Shown here in pieces: positions 1 through 10,382 of a DNA stretch of 61,487 nt. Both the position numbers and the translations under genes were made by a program. Source of the DNA: Seison nebaliae (Eukaryota). The notes under the pieces are model-generated. The model made no database searches and was not told the origin of the DNA. It saw nothing but the letters and a program-made list of their open reading frames with translations. Positions within the stretch are counted from its first letter, which is position 1; every line of letters begins with the position of its first letter. Where the stretch lies: positions 62,001-123,487 of the forward strand of contig JALJEE010002570.1 in assembly GCA_023231475.1 (NCBI GenBank). Direction: 5' to 3'.

Positions 1-115
1 AAAAAAGGAGAAGTTCATTTATGTGTTCCTGAGAAATAGAAATGAGAATATTAATGAAAATTCATTAATTACAATTTCTCATTCGGCTAATGAGAGGGGA
101 AGATGAAGAAGGAAG

Positions 116-142
116 GAATGAATGAATGAATGAATGAATGAA
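116..142. repeat. (GAAT)n microsatellite
   Basis: gaatgaatgaatgaatgaatgaatgaa seen directly. Confidence 0.9.
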
Positions 143-308
143 CAATTCAAATAAAAACAATGAAAATTTTAGTGGAAGTTTGGTAGAATTATGGTTAATG
201 ATATAATTTGATCAATATATGATAAATAATCGTTTCGATTATCATTCACTTCCTCATCTGTTTGTTGAATTAACAATTCCTTTTGGCAATGAATATAAAC
301 GAATAATA

Positions 309-1551
309 TTACGAACCTGGTAAACATTTACATTTGTAACTTCCTATTTCGTTAATGCATTTTGAACGATCCGTCGGACAATTATTAGTTAAAGTCGTTA
401 AACATTCATCAACATCATTCTCACAATGTCTTCCAGTCCACGATGGTTGACATGTACACGTATAACTGCCAGCTGTATTTGTGCATGTTCCAGCATTCTG
501 ACACAGATTCACTTTTACACATTCGTCATAGTCCGTTTCACATGTAACTCCCATCCAGATATTTGGACAGACACATTTGAATGATCCTTCATAATTTGTA
601 CAACTTCCTATTTTCATTCCATAATGTAAAATTAATTCATAATCGTGATATAAAACAATCAGGATTGTTCTAACCTCCATTCTGACATATGTTTGGTGCA
701 CATTCATCAAAGTCAACTTCGCAATTCAATCCCGTCCAATATTGTGTACAAGTACAACTATAAGAGCCTGTCGTGTCAGTACAAGTGGCTCCGTGCAAAC
801 AAGGTCCTCGACCATAATTGTAAGCCGTGCATTCATTCACATTAGTCTGACAATTCTTTCCTGTCCAACCAAGTAGACAAACACAATAATAATCTCCTAA
901 AGTATTAACACAAGTTCCCGTATTCTGACAAGGATTAGTTAAACATTCGTCGATCTCACTACTACAATCGGCACCAGTATATCCCGATTCACAATTGCAT
1001 CTAAAAGACGATGCCTGATTAACACAAGTGGAATTGTACTTACAATTATGTATGTGGTAATAGCATTCATTCAAATGACTTTCACATCGACGACCAGTAT
1101 AGTTCCTTTTACAACGACAATGATAATTTCCGTCTTCTCGTCGAACACATGTCGCTCCATAAAGACAAGGATTCGATGCACAAGGATCTATTTCTTCATC
1201 GCATATTTGTCCCGTATATCCATTCATACAATTACAGACGTAAGTTCCAATTCTGTTAGAACAAGTGCCAAAAGCTCCACAGATTGTAGTCAAATACGTA
1301 CACTCATTGATATCACTTGCACAGGTGGAACCAGTATAACCCGGTTTACACTGACAAGAATAGCCTCCAACCAATTCGAAACAACTCCCACCATTACTAC
1401 ATGGATTAGCTGAGCATTCAGTACCATCTGAGATGGAAAGTTGTCGACTAAGCGATATCAACTGAACTAAAAAATGTGAGGAAAAAAGTCATTTATCGAA
1501 TGACAAAAAACTTCAACTTAATATCAGAACAATAGACTTGAATTCGAACAT
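309..1551 (-). CDS. Secreted tandem calcium-binding EGF-repeat protein (fibropellin/Notch-like ectodomain); 3' end uncertain
   Basis: Manual splicing: ATG at 1551 gives signal-peptide-like MFEFKSIVLILIQLISL; ORFs 670..1461 and 309..716 join through a GT-AG intron at 608-674 (CQNG-G-SCTN). About 9 EGF repeats with D/N-E-C starts. The last repeat is cut by a GT donor at 316, so the gene probably continues leftwards. Confidence 0.85.
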
Positions 1552-2132
1552 TTATACAATTGACTGAAGATTAAATATCTAACTGGTTTTATGGCGACTA
1601 CTAATTCTTTTTAATAATTTCCTGTCAACTAATAATCATTTCTGATCAATAATCAAAGGTTTAATAAATGTTATTCTAGCCCTATGTTAAATTTTCCTTT
1701 AGGCTACTTTCTATTGAATAATGTCGATATATATGGTCGATGTAACTTGTTATTATAAAGATTCTTATAAAGTTTTATGTTTATTGAACTTGGATGTTAA
1801 TTTCAAATTATCAAAATATTCTTCTTAAAAATATTGATATGAATAAAATTAAATGGGTATTATGTCTATGTATCAATCGAATTTGATAACGATTGAAACT
1901 TTCTAAATCATTTAAAATTCTCTTAAGTGATAATTGTGTATTATTTTATTCGTTTGAAATTGAAGCTGACACGAGAAATTTAGGAAAACGTCAGTCTTAA
2001 ATTCCTTAAGAATTGATGATTTCAATTTAATTTTTTGTAGGAAATTTGCTTTGTTCAACTCCAATTCTTTCATAGAAGTTACATTTTTAAGTTTTAACCA
2101 ATCATAACCCACTACCAATTATTTCAAAAGGA

Positions 2133-4169
2133 ATGGAAGTGATTTTTAGACTCTTATTTTTTTCATTAATTTTAAACCAAATTTTGTGTATGAGATCCAA
2201 AACGGAAGATGATATTTTATACGATCTGAATTTCGGTGGAAGTTTTAAAAAAAAATTAACTGAATTTCATAAACCGAACGAAGAAGAATCATTGAAATTG
2301 GACGATGAGATGAATGAGAATTATAAGAATCAATTGAATGACATTCAACTAATAAAAGAATATTTAGATAATGGTAAAAAGCATGATTTCGTCATGAATG
2401 TCACATCAGGAGATCATGTTGAATATTTTTGTGTTCTACCAAAGAATTCATATACGATGCAATTATTGACAGATAAAGAAGAGAAAAATATTGAGAAGGG
2501 AGATGAAGAATCGAAAGAAACAGAAGAAGAACGAGAAGAGAAAAGAACATTTTTAGAATCAAGAAAAGAGAAGATTATCAAAAAAGTCATCGAATCTAAA
2601 CGATGTTATGATAAAGTATCAACTTATTGGACATACAAATTATGTCATGGAGAAGTTATTAAACAATATCGTGAAGAACGGAATGGAGCAAAGAAAGAAA
2701 TTCAACAAGAATTCATTTTAGGAGAATATTTAGGTGGATTGAATAGTATTCTCCATCCCAACGACCAAAAACATAAAGTCGTTGAATATGTGAAAAGAGT
2801 AATCGATGATGAAGAATTAACAGGATATTTAGTTCCATATTCGGAAGGAACAACATGTGAAGTTATGCCAGAAAGACGTCGTAGAACAAACGTGATATAT
2901 TTCTGTGATAAAAATGGTTTCGGTTCCATCTATTCATTAGATGAGATATCGACGTGTATTTATGAGATAAAAGTTCTCTCGTCAGAATTATGTCAACTTC
3001 AGGAATATGAACGGAAACCGAAACCACCATCGAATATCGCATGTTATACAGCTGAAATTAATGATGAAATACGTCCAAAATTATCCGAACAAATTAATCA
3101 GGAAATTAATGAATATCAGAAAATAGGAGATAAAGATTCCATCATGAATGATCTGTCAAAAAATGGGAAATTTATCGTTAATATTTTCATAATTTTTCTA
3201 TTTTAAAATATTTTTAATTTTAAACAGGTAACGACACAAGGTGGAACAACAGTTGTTATCACATTTAAATTCAATTCTCCTGAATCTAGTTCATTTCATG
3301 TCAGTGCAGATAAAGGTTAAATAATTTTCAATTATATTAATTTAACATTAAAAAAAAATAATAAAATAGATCAACAGATGGTGAAAGAAGAAGGATTACC
3401 AGATGCATCAAGTATTGATCCAAGTCTTATGAGACAATTGAGAGAATATAAAGAAGCAATCAATTATGAAGATACGAGAAAAGAAGATGTTACACCAAAA
3501 CAATTAACTGGTCAATTATTAGCCGATGGACCACCAGCAAACTTCTTAAAAGAACCAGAACCGGAATTAGTGTTGCACACTACTGAATTGTCAGCGAATG
3601 ATGTTGAATTGACAACGAATGAGAAGCAGATATATCAACGATTTATTCGTGGAGAACATTGTTTGAATGGAGGTGGGACACTTTGGTGGAAATATGAATT
3701 TTGTTATAATCGACATGTCATCCAATATCATGAAGAGGAGGATGCACATAAAAAGACCAAACGTTCCTCCATCGTTATTGGGAGATGGAATGAGAATATT
3801 CATAAAAATTGGTTGATCAAAAATGAACATAAACGTCCATCAAATTCAAAGTTTCATTTTGTAATTTTTATGAAATTTTTTAATTTTTTTAGAACAATTT
3901 CTCATTTTTATGCAGATGGACAAATTTGTCATGAGACGAAAAAGAAAAGACAAGTGGAAGTGAAATTTAAGTGTGCCACCTCTTCATGGCAACCAAAAGA
4001 TAAGAAGAAGAAGATGTCATCGAAAACGCCGGTGAAAGAATCAGTTTCCCTCATCTTATTAGAACCACAAATGTGTGAATATGTATTGATAATTGAGGCG
4101 AGAATACTTTGTCAATTATATAAAGACGTGAACAATAATGCGATATTGAGGAAGCATGATGAACTTTAA
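2133..4169 (+). CDS. ERLEC1: ER lectin ERLEC1/XTP3-B-like (OS-9 family, two MRH domains), spliced
   Basis: Signal peptide; two MRH/PRKCSH domains (YWTYKLCHGEVIKQY..., WWKYEFCYNRHVIQYH..., EPQMCEY); ORFs 2133..3206 and 3378..4169 linked by short GT-AG introns; C-terminal HDEL. Confidence 0.88.
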
Positions 4170-4412
4170 AGAATTTATCAGATTTCATCTTCATATTTTC
4201 TCACAAGTGTCATTCGAATATTATGTTGTATCAAATTCAAAAAAATGAAATTTATTTTAAAAATAATTTTATTTTTTTTTCTTTTCTTATTATTATTTTT
4301 TCCCAATTATTCAACAGATTTCTCATCATCTCTCAAATTTATTCTTCTATTTATTTAATATTTCAATCTATTTATCTTTTCATTTCAAGATTTATTTCCA
4401 TTCATAATAAAT

Positions 4413-4874
4413 ATGAGACGTCCATTGAAGAGAAGATCGACGAACAGAGAGAAAGATGTGCTAGATAGTTTAATCGATGACACTTATCCGACTGATAGTC
4501 AAAGAATGAAAAATGATTTGAAAAATGATTTGAAGAGAAGATGTATCGTTCTTAATAATGATGTCAATCGAATGAATCGACAACAGAAGAAGTTGAATGA
4601 TATGTGGCAAACGTATCATTCCCAAATCAAGAATGATGATATCGAAGTTGATTTACATGGATCACTTATAGAAGTAGAGAAGAGTCGGAATGAATGTCTC
4701 ATCGGCATATCTGGTGTGGTTTTTTGTGAAACGAAACATACCTTCATATTATTGACGGAATCTGGTAAGCGGAAAACGATTTTGAAGGATGGCTCTCAAT
4801 TCCTCATTCGGAATGGTAATAAAAATATTCGAATTGTTGGAGATTTACGAAAGAAATTTTTTTCAAAAAAATAA
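4413..4874 (+). CDS. POP4: Ribonuclease P/MRP protein subunit p29 (POP4/Rpp29)
   Basis: DLHGSLIEVEKSRNECLIGISGVVFCETKHTF matches the Rpp29 core (DLHG..I.V..S......G..G....ETK). Confidence 0.85.
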   Translation: MRRPLKRRSTNREKDVLDSLIDDTYPTDSQRMKNDLKNDLKRRCIVLNNDVNRMNRQQKKLNDMWQTYHSQIKNDDIEVDLHGSLIEVEKSRNECLIGISGVVFCETKHTFILLTESGKRKTILKDGSQFLIRNGNKNIRIVGDLRKKFFSKK

Positions 4875-5168
4875 TCTTGTTTCCACATTCAAAAATGTTT
4901 CATTCTCTTCAAACAATCTTCTCTTCACTCAAATAAACTAAAAACCAGTTCAGATTAATTATTTGCGAAACTTTTTAAAATTTGAATTTTTTTAAATAAG
5001 GCTTAAAATTTAATTTTGTGATTTATTCATTTTTTGAATTCCATAAAACTATCGATTAAAAATTATTTCACAAAAATTTTTTTTTGGATAAATTTTGAAA
5101 TTTTATTTTTATTTATTTCTTTCCAATTACCATCGATGTAATGAGTATATCAGGTTTTATGAAGGAGA

Positions 5169-8100
5169 ATGACGGATTTCATTTCATTAAGATTACCAAT
5201 CATCAAATTCATCGCTGTGGTAGAGGAAGTAAGCGATTTGAATAAAGCATGGAAATCGAAGAGTGAGAAGAAGTTGAGGAATTGGAAGAATTTGAAAATA
5301 TTTGAGGAATATTCGAAAGAGAAGAAAAATATATCGATTTCTTTTCAATATTTGAATTATTTATATTTATTCAATGTTCTCTCATCATTTCCGTCGTTGT
5401 CTAATCGACACACTTTACAAGACAAACATAAATTTAATGTGAAGAAACAAATTGATGAATTGATGGGCAGTTCTCCTAATTCCGATATTCCTATGATTAT
5501 GATAGTTCGAAATGTCACTGATCTTTATTCTGATGAATTTATTCAAATTAATGAGAAAGAACTTGAATTGTTCTTTGAAGTGAACAGTTTAATTGATGAT
5601 AAATTGGATAACAATGAAACTTCGACAATTTTTGAATTTATTTCAATTCCACATTTCTTCCGGTTGATGGAATTGTGCGAGAAAATAAGAAACAATTTTC
5701 AAATAAAAGAATGGAATAAATTCAATAGAAATCTTAATTTGTTTTGTCAATCAATTCACAAATGTCAAGAGAACTATCATCAAATAATGTTATTGAAAGA
5801 TTTGGTATTTATCGATGAGATGAAAACGACAATAAATTCCAATGTAACAACATTTCATTTGGATCGATATTCTTTCAGTTTCACTTCTTCCTACAACTCA
5901 ATAATTTATCGCAGTTTCAATAAACAGATTTCAGTGGAAACTAAAGAAAAAATTAATTTATTCGAAGAACAAAAATGTGTGGCGGAGAGAATAGCAGATC
6001 AAAGTTTCAAAAAAGTCTCACGATTTCCTCAAAAACTTTTCCCCGGAAGAAAATGTGCAAAAGAGAAAATTCGTTACGATCTTTCCATTCTCTTATATGA
6101 ACAATTCAAATGGCGATATATCGAACGTTTATATCTCTTCGAATATTTATCGACTCTCATCAATGCGAAGAATGATGAATTGGTCAATTATCTCCAGAAT
6201 CATTATGATTCAATGACCATATCGAAACTGAAAATTTTATCGGACAAATCGAAAAAAAATCGTGAAATTTTCCATTTGGAGAAAAATTGGCGAAATAAAT
6301 TAATGAGAAATCTTGAAGAATATGCTAATTCTTCTACTTTATTACGAATCGGATTGAACAATTCAGGAATAAATCTCTTATCCATCAATTCATCCATCGT
6401 ATTATTAACAATATCGATTAATACTATACGATATTTCGGTTCTTCCAAGAACAATTTCTTCTTACAATTAGGTCGTTCATCCTCCATTGGAGAGAATCGA
6501 CTCCAACTTATATTTCTCAATGAAACTTTAGCAGAATATTTCAATGAGAAGTTAATGAGAAATATTTCCACTTATCAACAAACGAATTTAGCAAATATCG
6601 TCAACGAATTGTACGAATATCGAACACTATCACGATCATCGACGAATTTAAAGAAGGAACAAAATATTTTAAGAACAAAATCGAATGAATCAGAAAATTT
6701 GCAAATCGATAATTTTATTCTCAAAAATTCGTTTCAAAACAAATCTGAAAAATTTCAAAAAATTTTTTCCAATCGTTTATATTCCGATTATCTGATACGA
6801 TTCATTTGTCTATATGAGAAAACGGAAATTATTACAAATATTTTCAAACTGAAAAAGTTTAATTCTTTAAATTATCATCTTCCAAACAATGACAGCTCTT
6901 TGAGTTCAATGGAATTATTATTCCATCAATTTCCTCAAATCTTCTCATTCGTTTTAAGAATCGATGAAACATCATCAAAAATTTTTATTGACATTAATTC
7001 ATCAATGAAATATTTTCATATGAACGAAAAAGCGGAAAATTTCCGATATAATTTAGTAGAGAACTTTGAAAAAAATAATTTATTATTCGTCCAAATTCCA
7101 GATTTTATGAGCAATGATAACATTGGATTATATATAAAGAGAGAAGAAGAATTAATTGAGAAATTGAATGAAATGTTAAAAGAAATTCCATTTTATAAAT
7201 TAGAATTGATAAATGGAAAAGTTTTCCGTTTACAAAATGTGAATTATCTTTTCCTGTTTATTTCATCGATTTTTGTGGAGGAGAAATGTGATGAAAATGA
7301 AACATTCGAATTTCTCGTTGATCAATCGAATAGAATTGATGAACGATTCGAAGAATATGAAAGAAATAAAGAAGAAAATGGTTTCAACATTTTCGAAACA
7401 AGAAAAGAATTGAGAAAAGTATTCGATGAAATTTCTAGAAATTATAAAACGTTTAATCAAAACAGATATTCGGTGGGAAATCTAATTTCTATTAATAATT
7501 TTTTATTAATGAAAAAATATGATAAATTTATTGAAGAATTATTTTGGATTTATGATACGAATATTACCAGTGGAATGATTGATGGGAGAAAGAATGAAAA
7601 TAAGTTAAATGAAATCGAGAAACATTTCTATCTGACGACGAGAGACTTCCCGATATTTCCAATGAAATTTTATTTTTTGAAAGTTCCTTTAAATTGTCTA
7701 GAGAATTATTGTGGTTCTTTAATCGCGTTCGAAGATTACCAAATTCAATCGAATGAAGAACGTTGGGAAAATTTCTTCTCGAAAAGAAATAAACAATTAT
7801 TGGATTTCTATCGAACGATGATTAAGTTGGGTGAATGTCATTCACATAATTTCCAATTTAATTCGTTCGGTGAAAAGAAACTAAGAGAGTTTATGGAAGA
7901 TGAAGAGAATGAAATTGATGAAGAGAATGTTCATAAAAGAATTGAAGAAATTAATTTGAAATTTCATCTGATTATGGAAGAATTATGTGACGAATGGCAC
8001 GACATCCGAAATCGTTTTAAGAATTTCAATGAAATTTTTAATCATCCCAACTTCTGTTCATTGTTCAGTGATCGAGTGAATGAAAAAAACCGAGTGAAGT

Positions 8101-8729
8101 TTTCCAACATTTTCTTTCGATATCGAAAGAGAATTTGGAGATTACTCCAACACCATCAACAAGGAAAAAATTTACAAAACTTCGAATTTGTTTTAGATAA
8201 TTTACCAGTGACGTTGAATGTTTTGGAAAAATCAGAAATTGATAAATCGAGAAAATTATGGTTGAAAACGATGGATGAAGAAAATGAAATAGAATTTAAA
8301 AAAAATAATGAGAATTTAATCGATGACAATATTAGAAGGAGAGAATTGATAAAATCAATTGAACAAACTACAAAATTTTCAAATAAACAGAAAATTGATA
8401 TTCTTAATGACCAACCATCGAAAGAAGAAGAAATGGAAGTGGAAAATATTTGTATTATAGAAAATGTTGAAAATGTATCAAAATCAGTGACGATAGACGA
8501 CGAACAACCAAATGGAAGTAAATTAATTGATGTTGAATGGATGAAAAAGTATTTTACGGAGAATGAAAAAATTCAAAATGAAATGAATAAAATCATCAAC
8601 CAATTATCAGAAATGAATGAGAGAAAGAAAAATTTCTCTTCGATCGATATTATTAGAAATCGAATTAGAAATTTTGAGATATGGAATGAAATGGAAATTG
8701 ATTCTTTCGAAGAATATTTATTAACGTAA
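5169..8729 (+). CDS. Large intronless hypothetical protein (1186 aa), no family recognised
   Basis: 3.56-kb stop-free ORF in very AT-rich DNA; E/K/N/F/L-rich, helical-looking. Confidence 0.75.
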   Translation: MTDFISLRLPIIKFIAVVEEVSDLNKAWKSKSEKKLRNWKNLKIFEEYSKEKKNISISFQYLNYLYLFNVLSSFPSLSNRHTLQDKHKFNVKKQIDELMGSSPNSDIPMIMIVRNVTDLYSDEFIQINEKELELFFEVNSLIDDKLDNNETSTIFEFISIPHFFRLMELCEKIRNNFQIKEWNKFNRNLNLFCQSIHKCQENYHQIMLLKDLVFIDEMKTTINSNVTTFHLDRYSFSFTSSYNSIIYRSFNKQISVETKEKINLFEEQKCVAERIADQSFKKVSRFPQKLFPGRKCAKEKIRYDLSILLYEQFKWRYIERLYLFEYLSTLINAKNDELVNYLQNHYDSMTISKLKILSDKSKKNREIFHLEKNWRNKLMRNLEEYANSSTLLRIGLNNSGINLLSINSSIVLLTISINTIRYFGSSKNNFFLQLGRSSSIGENRLQLIFLNETLAEYFNEKLMRNISTYQQTNLANIVNELYEYRTLSRSSTNLKKEQNILRTKSNESENLQIDNFILKNSFQNKSEKFQKIFSNRLYSDYLIRFICLYEKTEIITNIFKLKKFNSLNYHLPNNDSSLSSMELLFHQFPQIFSFVLRIDETSSKIFIDINSSMKYFHMNEKAENFRYNLVENFEKNNLLFVQIPDFMSNDNIGLYIKREEELIEKLNEMLKEIPFYKLELINGKVFRLQNVNYLFLFISSIFVEEKCDENETFEFLVDQSNRIDERFEEYERNKEENGFNIFETRKELRKVFDEISRNYKTFNQNRYSVGNLISINNFLLMKKYDKFIEELFWIYDTNITSGMIDGRKNENKLNEIEKHFYLTTRDFPIFPMKFYFLKVPLNCLENYCGSLIAFEDYQIQSNEERWENFFSKRNKQLLDFYRTMIKLGECHSHNFQFNSFGEKKLREFMEDEENEIDEENVHKRIEEINLKFHLIMEELCDEWHDIRNRFKNFNEIFNHPNFCSLFSDRVNEKNRVKFSNIFFRYRKRIWRLLQHHQQGKNLQNFEFVLDNLPVTLNVLEKSEIDKSRKLWLKTMDEENEIEFKKNNENLIDDNIRRRELIKSIEQTTKFSNKQKIDILNDQPSKEEEMEVENICIIENVENVSKSVTIDDEQPNGSKLIDVEWMKKYFTENEKIQNEMNKIINQLSEMNERKKNFSSIDIIRNRIRNFEIWNEMEIDSFEEYLLT

Positions 8730-8834
8730 AAGAAATAAAAGAAAATATGAAATTGAATGAAATCTCGATTAGAAGTAACTGGATAAAAAAGAAGAATGTT
8801 ATTCAAACATTTATGCAATTGTAAATAAATATAG

Positions 8835-9461
8835 TCAAGATAGTTTATGATCGGGACAATGGTACAATAATTTATCAAACGATGGTATCGAATTCTTTTT
8901 TGGTCGACCTTTCGGCTTCGTTGGAATCTCCAATCCTCCTTTACCCATCACTTCTTTCTTCCATTTCATTCGACGATTTTGAAACCAAGTTTTTATCTGC
9001 AATTGACTCAACGACATTTGTCGAGACAATTCTTTTCGATCTTCCGACGACAGATATTTTTGCGCAGCAAATCGTTCTTCCAAATATTTCAATTGTTTTT
9101 CTTGAAAATTTTAAATAAAATCACAAAAATAAAATTAATTTTTTTTCGATGTTTATTTTTAACCTGTAAATACTGTACGAACTCGACGACATTTCCGATG
9201 ACAATTATCATAGAAATTACAACAATGAAAGTCATTTTGCTTCGTCGAACAATCAGGTAGAGGTGGCGAATTAGTGATCGACGCCGATTTGTCTATCGAA
9301 CAAACGGTTGTAATCAACTGTTCTAATAATCGATTCATTAAAATATGATGATTGGAAAGTGAATTAGAAGATATTTCTTCCTTTTCCATATTCTCATTAT
9401 TTTCCATTTTCGAATCATTGTCATCGTTGAGTTTTTGGAGAATATCATCCACATTGAACAT
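8835..9461 (-). CDS. BARX: Barx homeobox transcription factor (2 exons, intron ~9101-9163)
   Basis: Spliced homeodomain [29 protein letters not shown]...[15 protein letters not shown] followed by the Barx-diagnostic tail [20 protein letters not shown]-terminal eh1-like FNVDDIL. Confidence 0.93.
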
Positions 9462-10382
9462 GTTGGAAAGTTTGAAATTGAAATAGTTTTCAATATGATT
9501 GTAAGAATTTAGTTTGGTGGTAGATTGGGATGAGAGAAGAAGATATTGAATGAAATGGTTTTATTTGATGATAATAAAGGAAGAATGATGGAAATAATAT
9601 GATGAAGTTGGAAGAAAATATATTTATGAGAATAAATGAATAAAGATGATGATGATGATGATGAAGGGCAGATGATAACAATTAAAATGAACGATAAACG
9701 TTTTACTTTATTATATCTTTAATTCCTTCAATTTTCTATTCGTTCGATATTTTTAGAAAGTTCTCTTCCATTGTTATCTTCTTTTAATTAATTAGATGGT
9801 GCATCGATTGTTTAGTAGGTAGAAATTTCGAGGAATCGATAAAAGAATAACAAACAACTATTCATTAATTAACGATTAGAATAACAAGAAGTAGAGGCAT
9901 TATGAGAACGTCGATGATACTTCGATGATATTCTCATCTCATCTTATTCAAATTGGTGATAACGATTGAAAAAATTAATTAGTCTCCTAATGAATGTTAT
10001 GATGTTATTTGATGATTTCATTCGATAGCAAATCGTTTGATAAATCCATTTGAAATGAAGAAGAATGCAATGAATGTCGATAATCGATTGGAATTGAAGA
10101 AGAAATTAAGTAAATGAATTAAGAAAAAGTGGATTAGAGATGTGGAATTGAATCAGATTGGAAATGATTTAGAAGAGAAAGAAACAAATGAAAATTAGAC
10201 AAGTAAGCTGATGGAATAGGAAGAATTATTGTTTATTAAAACAATAATAAATTAATAATATTCATAATAATATCAACTCGATCAATATAAATAATAAAAA
10301 AGAAACGAGGAATCAAATTGGAATGAGAGAGAAGAATTTTATTTAATTTGAATAGACAATTATTGTTGGAGAGAAATGAATA

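Noticed and set aside
1048..1413. Plus-strand 121-aa ORF and similar short ORFs antisense to real genes (e.g. 6203..6571, 53160..53489, 58645..59031)
   Set aside because: Shadow ORFs of well-supported coding sequence on the other strand or frame
4223..4468. F/I/L-rich short ORFs in intergenic or intronic DNA (also 27398..27658, 29919..30173, 51626..51847)
   Set aside because: Composition reflects T-rich non-coding sequence; no motifs
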